A DNA stretch of 64,000 nucleotides from Ranitomeya imitator (lineage: Eukaryota): NCBI RefSeq assembly GCF_032444005.1, contig NC_091288.1, positions 220,534,001 through 220,598,000 of the forward strand, written 5' to 3'. Position 1 is the stretch's first letter, and each line of letters begins with the position of its first letter. Of the stretch, positions 37,806 through 51,200 are shown piece by piece. Below the pieces are notes generated by a model that was not told where the DNA came from, made no database searches, and saw only the letters and a list, made by a program, of their open reading frames with translations. Made by a program: the position numbers and the translations under genes.

Positions 37806-40800
37806 GAGAAACAAGTTCAGTTTATGAAGTTCTAAATCGACTGGATAGAAAGAAGAGTTTAATAAAAAGACCTCGCAAGTTCACCATTCATGATGTGCTG
37901 GTCATAAGACCTGTTTGCATTGAGAAACAAGCCTTTGATGAAGATATTATCTGGCATTTTCTGCAAAAGTTAATGGCCCTGAATGCCTCAGCAAGGAATA
38001 CAAACGTTCAGGAAAGCACAGAAGTCGGATCTAGAAGTATTATTGATGTTGCAGACATTAGTGTTTCAGCGTCTATACATCCTCTAGATATAGTTTGCAT
38101 TCTCCTACATTCTTCGGACATTTTTTTACAACAGGAAATTTTGTCAAAAATGTACTTGTGTCAGTACGCCGTCCCACTGCTGCTCCCGGCCGGTAATGGC
38201 CACAACTGCACTTTCATGCTGTGGGTGATGAGAGAGATCATTATAAAATGGATTTCTTGCAGTAAAGACCTCAGAGAAGATAATTTAGTGAACATAAAAA
38301 TGCCAACAATTTCCTTCGTAAGACTTGGAGAATCTGGCTTTTCGAAGTCCACAATTCTTAATAACTTGCTTTCTTCGTCGATGTCTCGCTTTGAAATGTT
38401 TTTCAGCTGTGAAATGGATGGTGGAGACCAACCTAAAACTGTATCTAATGGTCTGGTCGAAATCTCCTGGTACTTTCCCGGTAAACAGCAGAATTTATAC
38501 TCTGAACCTTTTGCAGTTACAAATTTACACGGAGACATCAGGGACCATTACAAGCAGTTCAGATTTATAGCAGAAATATCGTCCGTGGTGTTCCTGTTTA
38601 TTAAAGATGTGACCGATGCAGATTTTAACTTCTTATCTTCCTGCAAAAACACACACTTTTTTGTAATTGTGGAAGAAAGTACTAAGGTAAAATCAACAGA
38701 ATTACTTAGAAATCTGGAAATGTTATCTAAAACCATAAACCTGAAGATGTGCAAAATCAGCACTAATAGAAATAGAGAACTGGTGAAAATGGTGCGGTCA
38801 CGTGTGTCAGACATTGTTAAAACCACTGACAAAAAAATGTGCTTGGTCGACATGGCTCCCACTGCTAAATACTTAGACATTGAGGTGGACGAAAACAATG
38901 GACCTTGTCAAAAGGCGAAAGAATATGCCCAGTCAATAATTCAACATATAGAAAGTACACTTGAATATAAGAGCGGTACAATGAAACTGCAGGGCGCTCT
39001 ATGGAAGGAAATATCTAAAATAGACAAGGAGTTATGTAGACAGAAATACCAAGGGGACACAGATGACACAGATCACAAGAACCGACTAGTCAGTAGGCGC
39101 TTGGAAAACCACAGAGCTCAGTATCAGCAGGCGGTTCCTCAGGACATTCACTCATTTATTAAAGCAATGAAGGAGTTGGACATGACAGAAAACCGCTATT
39201 TTCTAAAGTGGATGAAAACTTTCCTTGATTCTCTTGCTAGAAAAAATCTATCCGCTCTACGTACAAAATTCAAACAGAAGCAGAAGGAGTCATCAGCGTT
39301 TGACAAAGGGATATTGTATTTGTCTCAAGAGATCTCTGATAGTTCGCTGGGTGTTGAACACTTTTTACGTGAGTTAGCACAATATTATGAGGCTGAATGT
39401 TCTTTGGTAAAGGTGGATGAAGTGAAAGAGAATCAGAGAAAGTTTACAGATCTCCCAGGTATTGCCGCCGATCTCCTGTTGGATGGTTTCCCATTGGAGC
39501 TGATTGATGGAGATGCCTCCAACATTCCCTTACAGTGGATAACTGATGTCCTGACTGAGCTGGATAACAAGACTGGAGGACAATGCAGGATGAGGGTGAT
39601 CACTGTGCTGGGGGTGCAGAGTACGGGGAAGTCCACCCTCCTGAACACCATGTTTGGTCTACAGTTCCCTGTGGCCAGTGGTCGATGCACACGAGGAGCC
39701 TTCATGAATCTTTTGAAAGTGGAGAAGAACTTCCAGAAAGAACTAGGATGTGAATTTATTCTGGTGATTGACACTGAAGGGTTGAAAGCTCCTGAATTGT
39801 CTAAACTCGATGACAGTTATGAACATGACAATGAGTTGGCCACACTTGTGGTTGGGTTGAGTGATGTCACCATAGTTAATATCTCCATGGAAAATACATC
39901 AGACATGAACGACACATTGACCATTGTTCTGCATGCATTTCTTAGAATGAATGGAGTCGGTAAGAAGCCCAACTGCCAATTTGTACATCAGAATGTAAGT
40001 GATGTGAGTACAGATGACAATACCATGATAGGTCGAGCACAATTTTTGAATGAACTCCAAGAAATGATCAAAGTAGCTGCAAAAATGGAAAAGAAGGATA
40101 CAAACATACAGTTTTCAGATATCCTTGACTATGACCCCCAGAAACACAGCTGGTACATCCCAGGTTTGTGGCACGGTGTTCCTCCGATGGCTTCAATTAA
40201 TGTTGGATACAGTGAAACTATTTATGAATTAAAAAAATTCATGTTCAAATTCATGACAGAAAAACATCATGCAGGTATCCATAGCATTAGATCTTTTACC
40301 AAATGGACAAATACCTTGTGGCAAGCTATAAAGTACGAATCTTTTATCTTTAGTTTCAGAAACATCCTGGCAGCCGAGGCCTACGAGCAGCTGTGTAACA
40401 AGTACTCAGAACTAGAATGGGAATTTCGGAGGCAGGCCTACAAACTGATCTCCAAATTTGAAAATTCAATCAAGAATCAATCAATCGAAAGTAATACTCA
40501 GGGACAGTTAGAGCAAACATTAAATGAATCAATGGATCAAGTCTTGGAGCAAGGGGAGAAAAATATGAACACTCAACTATCAACGTTTTTTAAAACTGGA
40601 AGCAACAATCCTCATCTTATAGAAAGATACAAAGAAGAATTTTTTAATTCTGTGAAATGTCTCAGGAGAGAGCTGCAAAATCTCATCTCAAGCAAATTTA
40701 CAGAAACTATTTCAGTTGAAAAGGGAAAACATAATCTTGAAATGATACTGAAGCAGTATCTCCAAAATATTGACAGCCAACTCAATAGTTATAAAGCAAA

Positions 40801-42490
40801 GTTATCTGGCCTGCGCGACGTCAGAGAGCTGGAGGAAGAGTTTGAGTCCATATGGCAGGGAATAATTGGAAACCTACAACCACACACCATAGAAAAACTG
40901 AATGTTGGCAGCAGAATGTTAAAGCAACTTCGAGATGAAATGAGGAACAGAGGAAGCGATGTCAGCGGGATGTTACATAATGTGGGGTCTCTTCAACAAT
41001 ATCAAGAGAAAAGCTTTTGTGTAGAAGACAAGCATACAGATATCAGTATTTTACAAAAATGTGTTAATTTACTGAAACGTAACAATGCCAAAGACCAACT
41101 TCAGAACTGTGCATCAACAATCACTGAGCTTTGCCAAGATTACGTTACAGAGAAGGTCAAGACCGGAGAGGATTACAGTGACATGTACTGCAGAGAATTA
41201 CTAAACATCATAAATGGCCACCTTGAGAAAAATTCTGGAAAACTGTCCTACAACCATTTGTTTCAGGTAGAGCTCAAGCTCCATATATTGGGTAGAGCAG
41301 CTCCTCAATTTCAGAATATGCATGACCACTATCGGGTGAGTAATGATCCTATCTATCAAATTCGAGCGCTGAAACCAAAGTATTTCAACATACTTAAAAG
41401 TAAAATCATCCATACTAATGAAACAAACGTCAGAGCAAAGAATTTTTGTGAGCAAGGATTAATTCCGGCTATAAAGGCTTATATTTACAACAATCTCGGG
41501 AGACAGATAATCGATGATATTCTCAAAGACGCAGATGGTGCAATATTTAAAAGTAGAAAATCCTTCCATTACTATCTCTTGGAAGAGATGCTTGACATAG
41601 ACTCCTTCGAGAGGTATAATATGTACATTAACAATTACAAGACCTACGTTAAGAGATGGATTTACATGTACATTCTACAAAAATATCAAAACAATGATAC
41701 CTTATCAAAGCTGATAGATAAAAACCTAAAGTCAATTCTTAAAAAAATAAGATGTGCCATCGGTGACACTCAGGCTCAGCCCTTTGACAACATGTCAGAA
41801 TTTCTCAAATATTTCTCTATGGTTTTAAAGCAAGATTTGGTGATTCCTCGGATTGAGATGGAAATGACCGCCTTCCAAAACAAAGCAAATATGTCCCAAT
41901 TCTGGCGAGACATTGAATCGTTCCTCTTTGAGATTAAAAATCAAATTAGGGCCAGTCTAAAGACTAGCAGCGTTGCATTTCTCCTTAGTAATCTTCGTCT
42001 ACAGCCTCAAACTGCATTGGCTTCTAAAGTCATTGGCTGCGACCAGGAATGTCCATTCTGCCATGTTCCATGTGAAGCAGAAAGTGTTAACCATAGGGAA
42101 CATTTTGCAACTTGCCACCGACCTAAAGGAATGGCCCAGTATACATGGTCGGAAACCAATGCTCTGTGCACTTCAATTTGCACCAACGATGTCGTTTCTG
42201 ATGACTGTTTTGCAAATCTGCACACTAATGGAGAATGGATTCCTTATAAAAACTACCAAATGGTTTATCCAGAGTGGATCATAGAGACCGAGGAGAAGAA
42301 CAATTCTTCAAATTACTGGAAATTCATCTTCACAAGCTTCAATCTTGAATTTGCTAAATTATACGATGTTGAGCCAGCTGAAATACCGGAGGAATGGTAT
42401 CGAATAACAAAGAAGCACGCTCTGCGGAACTTGAAGGATGCCTATAACATAGGAGAAAAGAGGGAGAAATACAAGTTCATTAACATTTAA
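37806..42490 (+). CDS. URGCP/GVIN1-family very large inducible GTPase (VLIG), giant terminal coding exon
   Basis: Acceptor TTTTTGTCTTAG at 37805, then an open frame of about 1560 codons to TAA. G1 GVQSTGKS (39611-39634), G2 GRCTRG, G3 DTEG (39770-39781), HDNELAT, FVHQNV, WYIPGLW, C-terminal GCDQECPFCHVPC..H..CHRP. No exact orthologue assigned. Confidence 0.93.
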
Positions 42491-42937
42491 TTGGGAAAAA
42501 ATAGCACAGTTGTTATGTATGATCAATTAGATCCATCTTTGGAAATACTATTCTAATCTGAATTAAGGCGTTACTTAAAGGGGTTGGCCACTACTTTACA
42601 AGTGCATATCCTGTGAAATGACTGACTAAATATCTTGCTTTCCTAATTCCTGCAGTAACCTCAGCTGTTCCCCTGGTCAAATAATCTCTTTCCCATTGAC
42701 TATCTTGCTGAGATGAGGAGACTTAAAGCTGCAATGCTCCTCTGGGAAATATGCAAAGAGGAATAGAACTCTAGCGTCTCTGCCATTTAAGATCTTATCA
42801 TCCACTCCATACCCCAATACCCTCTGGATGAGAAGAACCCTAAAGGTTTATAAAGGACAGTATCCAATATTGCATCATTAAAGCTTTATCATTACAGAAC
42901 AAAAACTTGAGCACATTTCTGATTTGGAGGAGATTAA

Positions 42938-44542
42938 CAGCTGTGTGAAAAAATGTTCACCCCCTTCCTGATTTCTTATTCTTTTGTATGTTTTTTACAC
43001 TTAAATGTTTAAGATCACCAACCAAATGTAAATATTAGAGAAGGATAACACAAGTAATCTCAAAATGCAGTTTATAAATGAAGATTTTATTATTAAGGGA
43101 AAAAGAAATCCAAACCTCCAGGGCCCTGTGTGAGAAAGTGATTTCCCGCTAAACCTAATACCTGGTTGGGCCGCCCTTAGCAGTAACTGCAATCCATCGT
43201 TTGCGATTACAACGCTCTGGAGGGATTTTGGCCGCTCATCTTTGTAAAATTGTTGTAATTCAGTCACGGAGGTTTCCAAGAATGAACCGCATTTTTAAGG
43301 TCATTACAGCATCTCAATCTGATAAAGGTCAGGACTTTGACTAGGCCACTCCAATGTCTTAATTTTGTTTTTCTTAAGCCATTCAGAGGTGGACTTGCTG
43401 GTGTGTTTTGGGTCATTGTCCTGCTACATAACCCAAGTGCACTATAGCTTGAGGTCACAAACAGATGGCCGCACATTCTCCTGCAGGATTTTCTGGTCAG
43501 AAAAAACTGCAGAATTCATGTTTCCATTTACCACAGCAAGTCTTCCAAGTCCTGAAGCAGCAAAACAGCCCCTGACCATCACACTACCACCACCATATTT
43601 TACTGTTGGTATGATGTTCCTTTTCTGAAATGCTGTGTTACCGTACTTCTAAGCCAGATGTAATTGGACATACACCTTCCAAAAAGTTAAACTTTTGTCT
43701 CGTCAGTCCACACAGTATTCTCCCAAAAGTCTTGGGGAACATCAAGATGTTTTCTGGCAAAACTGAGGCAAGCCTTTATGTTCTTATTGCTCAGCAGTGG
43801 TTTTTGTCTTGGAACTCTGCCATGCAGCCATTTTTGCCCCGTCTCTTTCTTATGGTGGAGTCATGAACACTGACCTTTGCTGAGACAAGTGACTGCTGCA
43901 GTTCTTTGGATGTTGTTGTGGAGTCTTTTGTGACCTCTTGGATGAGTTGTTGCTGCACTCTTGGAGTAATTTTGGTCGGCCGGCCACTCCTGGGAAGGTT
44001 CAACTCTGTTCCATGTTTTCGCCATTTGTGGATAATGGCTCTCACTGTGGTTCGCTGGAGTCCCAAAGCTTTAGAAATGGCTTTATAATTGTTTCCAGAC
44101 TGATAGATTTCAATGACTTTGTTTCTCAGTTGTTGCATAGTTTATTTTGATTGCGGCATGCCTAGATTTTGAGGATCTTATGGTCTACAGTATTTACTTT
44201 GTCAGGCAGGTCCTATTTAAGTGATTTCTTGATTAAGAACAGGTGTGGCAGTAATCAGACCTCTGTGTGTGGCTAGATAATGTGATCTCGGCTTCACAAA
44301 GAGGTGATAAATCACAATTAATTTATGTTTTAGGTGGGCCGCAATAAAGTTTTCACACAGAGCCCTATAGGTTTGGATTTCTTTTTCCATTATTAATAGA
44401 CATTCATTTATAAACTGCATTTTGTGTTACTTGTGTTATCTTTGTCTAGTATTTACATTTGTTTGTCCTAAACAATTAAGTGTGAGAAACATGGAAAAAT
44501 GACAGGAAATCTGGAATGGGCAAACACTTTTTCACACAACTG
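42938..44542 (-). mobile_element. Degenerate Tc1-family transposon (third family)
   Basis: TIRs CAGCTGTGTGAAAAAATGTTCACCCC / GGGCAAACACTTTTTCACACAACTG followed by TA. Minus ORF ..YKAISKALGLQRTTVRAIIHKWRKHG..LPRSGRPTKI. Confidence 0.9.
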
Positions 44543-45204
44543 TATGAAAATTGATGTAAAGGTGCATTGGAGCAGTTACTAATGTCCGCCAATCAAATGT
44601 CACTATATATTTTTGGAAGATTTAAAAATAATGAAAGTAACCTTACGGGCTGTTATCGGTGACCTCCTACTTGTCCTCTGCTCCAGCTTTTCCTTCTTCA
44701 GTTTTTTCTCTGCATTATATCTTACACACAGCTTGATGTCTTTTATAAAACTTAGATTTTTATCTTTTATAATACTTATAAATGTTTTGCGCTAATAAAC
44801 ATTGATGGTTAATATAAACTCTGAATTTATTTTGTATAAAAAAAAATAAAAAAATAAAAAATAATCGCCATAAAGTAAAGTCATGGGAAACTGAAATGTA
44901 GGCGTGATGGAATAAAGTATGTGACTTATCAAAAGATACTGTGAAGCTCCGCCACTGGACACCATTTCTTTAATCTTTATAAGTCCCACGTTCCGCAATA
45001 ATTGATGATATATTGTCAACATGAACATTTATTTTTGTAAAAAGCTTATAAGGAGTCCAAAGAATAAAAGATACAATACTCATCACACAGATCTCCCCTT
45101 CCTCGATCCTGCACCTCTTGGTGCCCCGCAGGTGTCTGCTTCCCAGGATGTTCCGACACAGAAACATGTGACCGCTGAAGCCAATCACTGGTTAAGGCAG
45201 CCAG

Positions 45205-48200
45205 TGTATCTCTATAGAGGGAGCTCCCTCTAATGGTGGCTGCAGACTGGATCTCATCATCTATCTCTGTATACAGTGAGCTCCCCCTAGTGGTGACTGC
45301 AGACAGGATCTTATCATGTATCTCTGTATACAGGGAGCTCCCCCTAGTGGTGACTGCAGACAGGATCTTATCATGTATCTCTGTATACAGGGAGCTCCCC
45401 CTAGTGGTGGCTGCAGACAGGATCTTATCATGTATCTCTGTATACAGGGAGCTCCCCCTAGTGGTGGCTGCAGACAGAATCTTATCATGTATCTCTGTAT
45501 ACAGGGAGCTCCCCCTAGTGGTGGCTGCAGACAGGATCTTGTGTATCTCTGTATACAGGGAGCTCCCCCTAGTGGTGGCTACAGACAGGATCTTATCATG
45601 CATCTCTGTATACAGGGAGCTCCCCCTAGTGGTGGCTACAGACAGGATCTTATCATGTATCTCTGTATACAGGGAGCTCCCCCTAGTGGTGGCTGCAGAC
45701 AGGATCTTATCATGTATCTCTGTATACAGGGAGCTCCCCCTAGTGGTGGCTACAGACAGGATCTTATCATGCATCTCTGTATACAGGGAGCTCCCCCTAG
45801 TGGTGGCTGCAGATAGGATCTTATCATGTATCTCTGTATACAGGGAGCTCCCCCCAGTGGTGGCTGCAGGCAGTATCTTATCATGTATCTCTGTATACAG
45901 GAAGCTCCCCCTAGTGGTGACTGCAGACAGGATCTTATCATGTATCTCTGTATACAGGGAGCTCCCCCTAGTGGTGGCTGCAGACAGGATCTTATCATGT
46001 ATCTCTGTATACAGGGAGCTCCCCCTAGTGGTGACTGCAGACAGGATCTTATCATGTATCTCTGTATACAGGGAGCTCCCCCTAGTGGTGGCTGCAGACA
46101 GAATCTTATCATGTATCTCTGTATACAGGGAGCTCCCCCTAGTGGTGACTGCAGACAGGATCTTATCATGTATCTCTGTATACAGGGAGCTCCCCCTAGT
46201 GGTGGCTGCAGACAGAATCTTATCATGTATCTCTGTATACAGGGAGCTCCCCCTAGTGGTGGCTGCAGACAGGATCTTGTGTATCTCTGTATACAGGGAG
46301 CTCCCCCTAGTGGTGGCTACAGACAGGATCTTATCATGCATCTCTGTATACAGGGAGCTCCCCCTAGTGGTGGCTGCAGATAGGATCTTATCATGTATCT
46401 CTGTATACAGGGAGCTCCCCCCAGTGGTGGCTGCAGGCAGTATCTTATCATGTATCTCTGTATACAGGAAGCTCCCCCTAGTGGTGACTGCAGACAGGAT
46501 CTTATCATGTATCTCTGTATACAGGGAGCTCCCCCTAGTGGTGGCTGCAGACAGGATCTTATCATGTATCTCTGTATACAGGGAGCTCCCCCTAGTGGTG
46601 GCTGCAGACAGGATCTTATCATGCATCTCTACATACAGGGAGCTCCCCCTAATGGAGACTGCACAGGATCTTATCATGTATCTCTGTATACAGTGAGCTC
46701 CCCCTAGTGGTGACTGCAGACAGGATCTTATCATGTATCTCTGTATACAGGGAGCTCCCCCTAGTGGTGACTGCACACAGGATCTTATCATGTATCTCTG
46801 CATACAGGGAGCTCCCCCTTTTGGTGACTGCAGACAGGCTCTTATCATGTATCTCTATATACAGGGAGCTCCCCGTAGTGGTGACTGCAGACAGGATCTT
46901 ATCATGTATCTCTATATACAGGGCGTTTCCCCTAGTGCTGACTGCAGACAGGATATTATCATGTATTTCTGTATACAGGGAGCTCCCCCTAGTGGTGGCT
47001 GCAGACAGGATCTTATCATGTATCTCTGTATACAGGGAGCTCCCCCTAGTGGTGGCTGCAGACAGGATCTTATCATGTATCTCTGTATACAGGGAGCTCC
47101 CCTTAGTGGTGGCTGCAGACAGGATCTTATCGTGTATCTCTGTATACAGGGAGCTCCCCCTAGTGGTGACTGCACACAGGATCTTATCGTGTGTCTCTGC
47201 ATACAGGGAGCTCCCCCTTTTGGTGACTGCAGACAGGATCTTATCATGTATCTCTATATACAGGGAGCTCCCCGTAGTGGTGACTGCAGACAGGATCTTA
47301 CCATGTATCTTTATATACAGGGAGTTCCCCCTAGTGGTGACTGCAGACAGGATCTTATCATGTATCTCTATATACAGGGCGTTTCCCCTAGTGCTGACTG
47401 CAGACAGGATATTATCATGTATCTCTGTATACAGGGAGCTCCCCCTAGTGGTGGCTGCAGACAGGATCTTATCATGTATCTCTGTATACAGGGAGCTCCC
47501 CCTAGTGGTGGATGCAGACAGGATCTTATCATGTATCTCTGTATACAGTGAGCTCCCCCTAGTGGTGGCTGCAGACAGGATCTTATCATGTATCTCTATA
47601 TACAGGGAGCTCCCCCTAGTGGTGGCTGCAGACAGGATCTTATCATGTATCTATGCATACAGGGAGCTCCCCCCAGTGGTGGCTGCAGACAGGATCTTAT
47701 CATGTATCTCTATATACAGGGAGCTCCCCCTAGTGGTGGCTGCAGACAGGATCTTATCATGTATCTCTATATACAGGGAGCTCCCCCTAGTGGTGGCTGC
47801 AGACAGGATCTTATCATGTATCTCTGTATACAGGGAGCTCCCCCCAGTGGTGGCTGCAGACAGGATCTTATCATGTATCTCTGTATACAGGGAGCTCCCC
47901 CTAGTGGTGACTGCAGACATGATCTTATCATATATCTGTATACAGGGAGCTCCCACTAGTGGTGACTGCAGACAGGATCTTATCATCTATCTCTGTATAC
48001 AGGGAGCTCCACCTAGTGGTGACTGCAGACAGGATCTTATCATCTATCTCTGTATACAGGGAGCTCCCCCTAGTGGTGACTGCAGATAGGATCTTATCAT
48101 GTATCTCTGTATACAGGGAGCTCCCCCTAGTGGTGGCTGCAGACTGGATCTTATGTATCTCTGTTTACAGGGAGCTCCCCCTAGTGGTGGCTACAGACTG

Positions 48201-51200
48201 GATCTTATGTATCTCTGTTTACAGGGAGCTCCCCCTAGTGCTGATTGCAGACAGAATCTTATCATGTATCTCTGTATACAGGAAGCTCCCCCTAGTGGAG
48301 GCTGCAGACAGGATCTTATCATGTATCTCTGTATACAGGGAGCTCCCCCTAGTGGTGGCTGCAGACAGGATCTTATCATGTATCTCTGTATACAGTGAGC
48401 TCCCCCTAGTGGTGACTGCAGACAGGATCTTATCATGTATCTCTATATACAGGGCGTTTCCCCTAGTGCTGACTGCAGACAGGATATTATCATGTATCTC
48501 TGTATACAGGGAGCTCCCCCTAGTGGTGGCTGCAGACAGGATCTTATCATGTATCTCTGTATACAGGGAGCTCCCCTTAGTGGTGGCTGCAGACAGGATC
48601 TTATCACGTATCTCTGTATACAGGGAGCTCCCCCTAGTGGTGACTGCACACAGGATCTTATCATGTATCTCTGTATACAGGGAGCTCCCCCTAGTGGTGG
48701 CTGCAGACAGGATCTTATCATGTATCTCTGTATACAGGGAGCTCCCCCTTTTGGTGACTGCAGACAGGATCTTATCATGTATCTCTATATACAGGGCGTT
48801 TCCCCTAGTGCTGACTGCAGACAGGATATTATCATGTATCTCTGTATACAGGGAGCTCCCCCTAGTGGTGGCTGCAGACAGGATCTTATCATGTATCTCT
48901 GTATACAGGGAGCTCCCCCTAGTGGTGGCTGCAGACAGGATCTTATCATCTATCTCTGTATACAGGGAGCTCCACCTAGTGGTGACTGCAGACAGGATCT
49001 TATCATGTATCTCTGTATACAGGGAGCTCCCCATAGTGGTGGCTGCAGACAGGATCTTATCATGTATCTCTGTATACAGGGAGCTCCCCCCAGTGGTGGC
49101 TGCAGACAGTATCTTATCATGTATCTCTGTATACAGGAAGCTCCCCCTAGTGGTGACTGCAGACAGGATCTTATCATCTATCTCTGTATACAGGGAGCTC
49201 CCCCTAGTGGTGACTGCAGACAGGATCTTATCATGTATCTCTGTATACAGGGAGCTCCCCCTAGTGGTGACTGCAGACAGGATCTTATCATGTATCTCTG
49301 TATACAGGGAGCTCCCCCTAGTGGTGGATGCAGACAGGATCTTATCATGTATCTCTGTATACAGGGAGCTCCCCCTAGTGGTGACTGCAGACAGGATCTT
49401 ATCATGTATCTCTGTATACAGGGAGCTCCCCCTAGTGGTGGATGCAGACAGGATCTTATCATGTATCTCTGTATACAGGGAGCTCCCCCTAGTGGTGACT
49501 GCAGACAGGATCTTATCATGTATCTCTGTATACAGGGAGCTCCCCCTAGTGGTGGCTGCAGACTGGATCTTATGTATCTCTGTTTACAGGGAGCTCCCCC
49601 TAGTGGTGGCTACAGACAGAATCTTTTCTTGTATCTCTGTATACAGGGAGCTCCCCCCAGTGGTGACTGCAGACATGATCTTATCATGTATCTCTGTATA
49701 CAGGGAGCTCCCTTAGTGGTGGCTACAGACAGGATCTTATCATGTATCTCTGCATACAGGGAGCTCCCCCTAGTGGTGGCTGCAGATAGGATCTTATCAT
49801 GTATCTCTGTATACAGGGAGCTCCCCCCAGTGGTGGCTGCAGGCAGTATCTTATCATGTATCTCTGTATACAGGAAGCTCCCCCTAGTGGTGACTGCAGA
49901 CAGGATCTTATCATGTATCTCTGTATACAGGGAGCTCCCCCTAGTGGTGACTGCAGACAGGATCTTATCATGTATCTCTGTATACAGGGAGCTCCCCCTA
50001 GTGCTGACTGCAGACAGGATATTATCATTTATCTCTGTATACAGGGAGCTCCCCCTAGTGGTGGCTGCAGACAGGATCTTATCATGTATCTCTGTATACA
50101 GGGAGCTCCCCCTAGTGGTGGCTGCAGACAGGATCTTATCATGTATCTCTGTATACAGGGAGCTCCCCTTAGTGGTGGCTGCAGACAGGATCTTATCGTG
50201 TATCTCTGTATACAGGGAGCTCCCCCTAGTGGTGACTGCACACAGGATCTTATCATGTATCTCTGCATACAGGGAGCTCCCCCTTTTGGTGACTGCAGAC
50301 AGGATCTTATCATGTATCTCTATATACAGGGAGCTCCCCGTAGTGGTGACTGCAGACAGGATCTTATCATGTATCTCTATATACAGGGCGTTTCCCCTAG
50401 TGCTGACTGCAGACAGGATATTATCATGTATCTCTGTATACAGGGAGCTCCCCCTAGTGGTGGCTGCAGACAGGATCTTATCATGTATCTCTGTATACAG
50501 GGAGCTCCCCCTAGTGGTGGCTGCAGACAGGATCTTATCATGTATCTCTGTATACGGGGAGCTCCCCCTAGTGGTGACTGCAGACAGGATCTTATCATGT
50601 ATCTCTATATACAGGGAGCTCCCCCTAGTGGTGGCTGCAGACAGGATCTTATCATGTATCTCTATATACAGGGAGCTCCCCCTAGTGGTGGCTGCAGACA
50701 GGATCTCATCATGTATCTCTGTATACAGGGAGCTCCCCCCAGTGGTGGCTGCAGACAGGATCTTATCATGTATCTCTGTATACAGGGAGCTCCCCCTAGT
50801 GGTGACTGCAGACATGATCTTATCATATATCTGTATGCAGGAAGCTCCCCCTAGTGGTGACTGCAGACAGGATCTCATCATCTATCTCTGTATACAGGGA
50901 GCTCCACCTAGTGGTGACTGCAGACAGGATCTTATCATGTATCTCTGTATACAGGGAGCTCCCCCTAGTGGTGACTGCAGATAGGATCTTATCATGTATC
51001 TCTGTATACAGTGAGCTCCCCCTAGTGGTGGCTGCAGACAGGATCTTATCATGTATCTCTGTATACAGGGAGCTCCCCCTAGTGGTGGATGCAGACAGGA
51101 TCTTATCATGTATCTCTGTATACAGGGAGCTCCCCCTAGTGGTGGCTGCAGACTGGATCTTATGTATCTCTGTTTACAGGGAGCTCCCCCTAGTGCTGAC

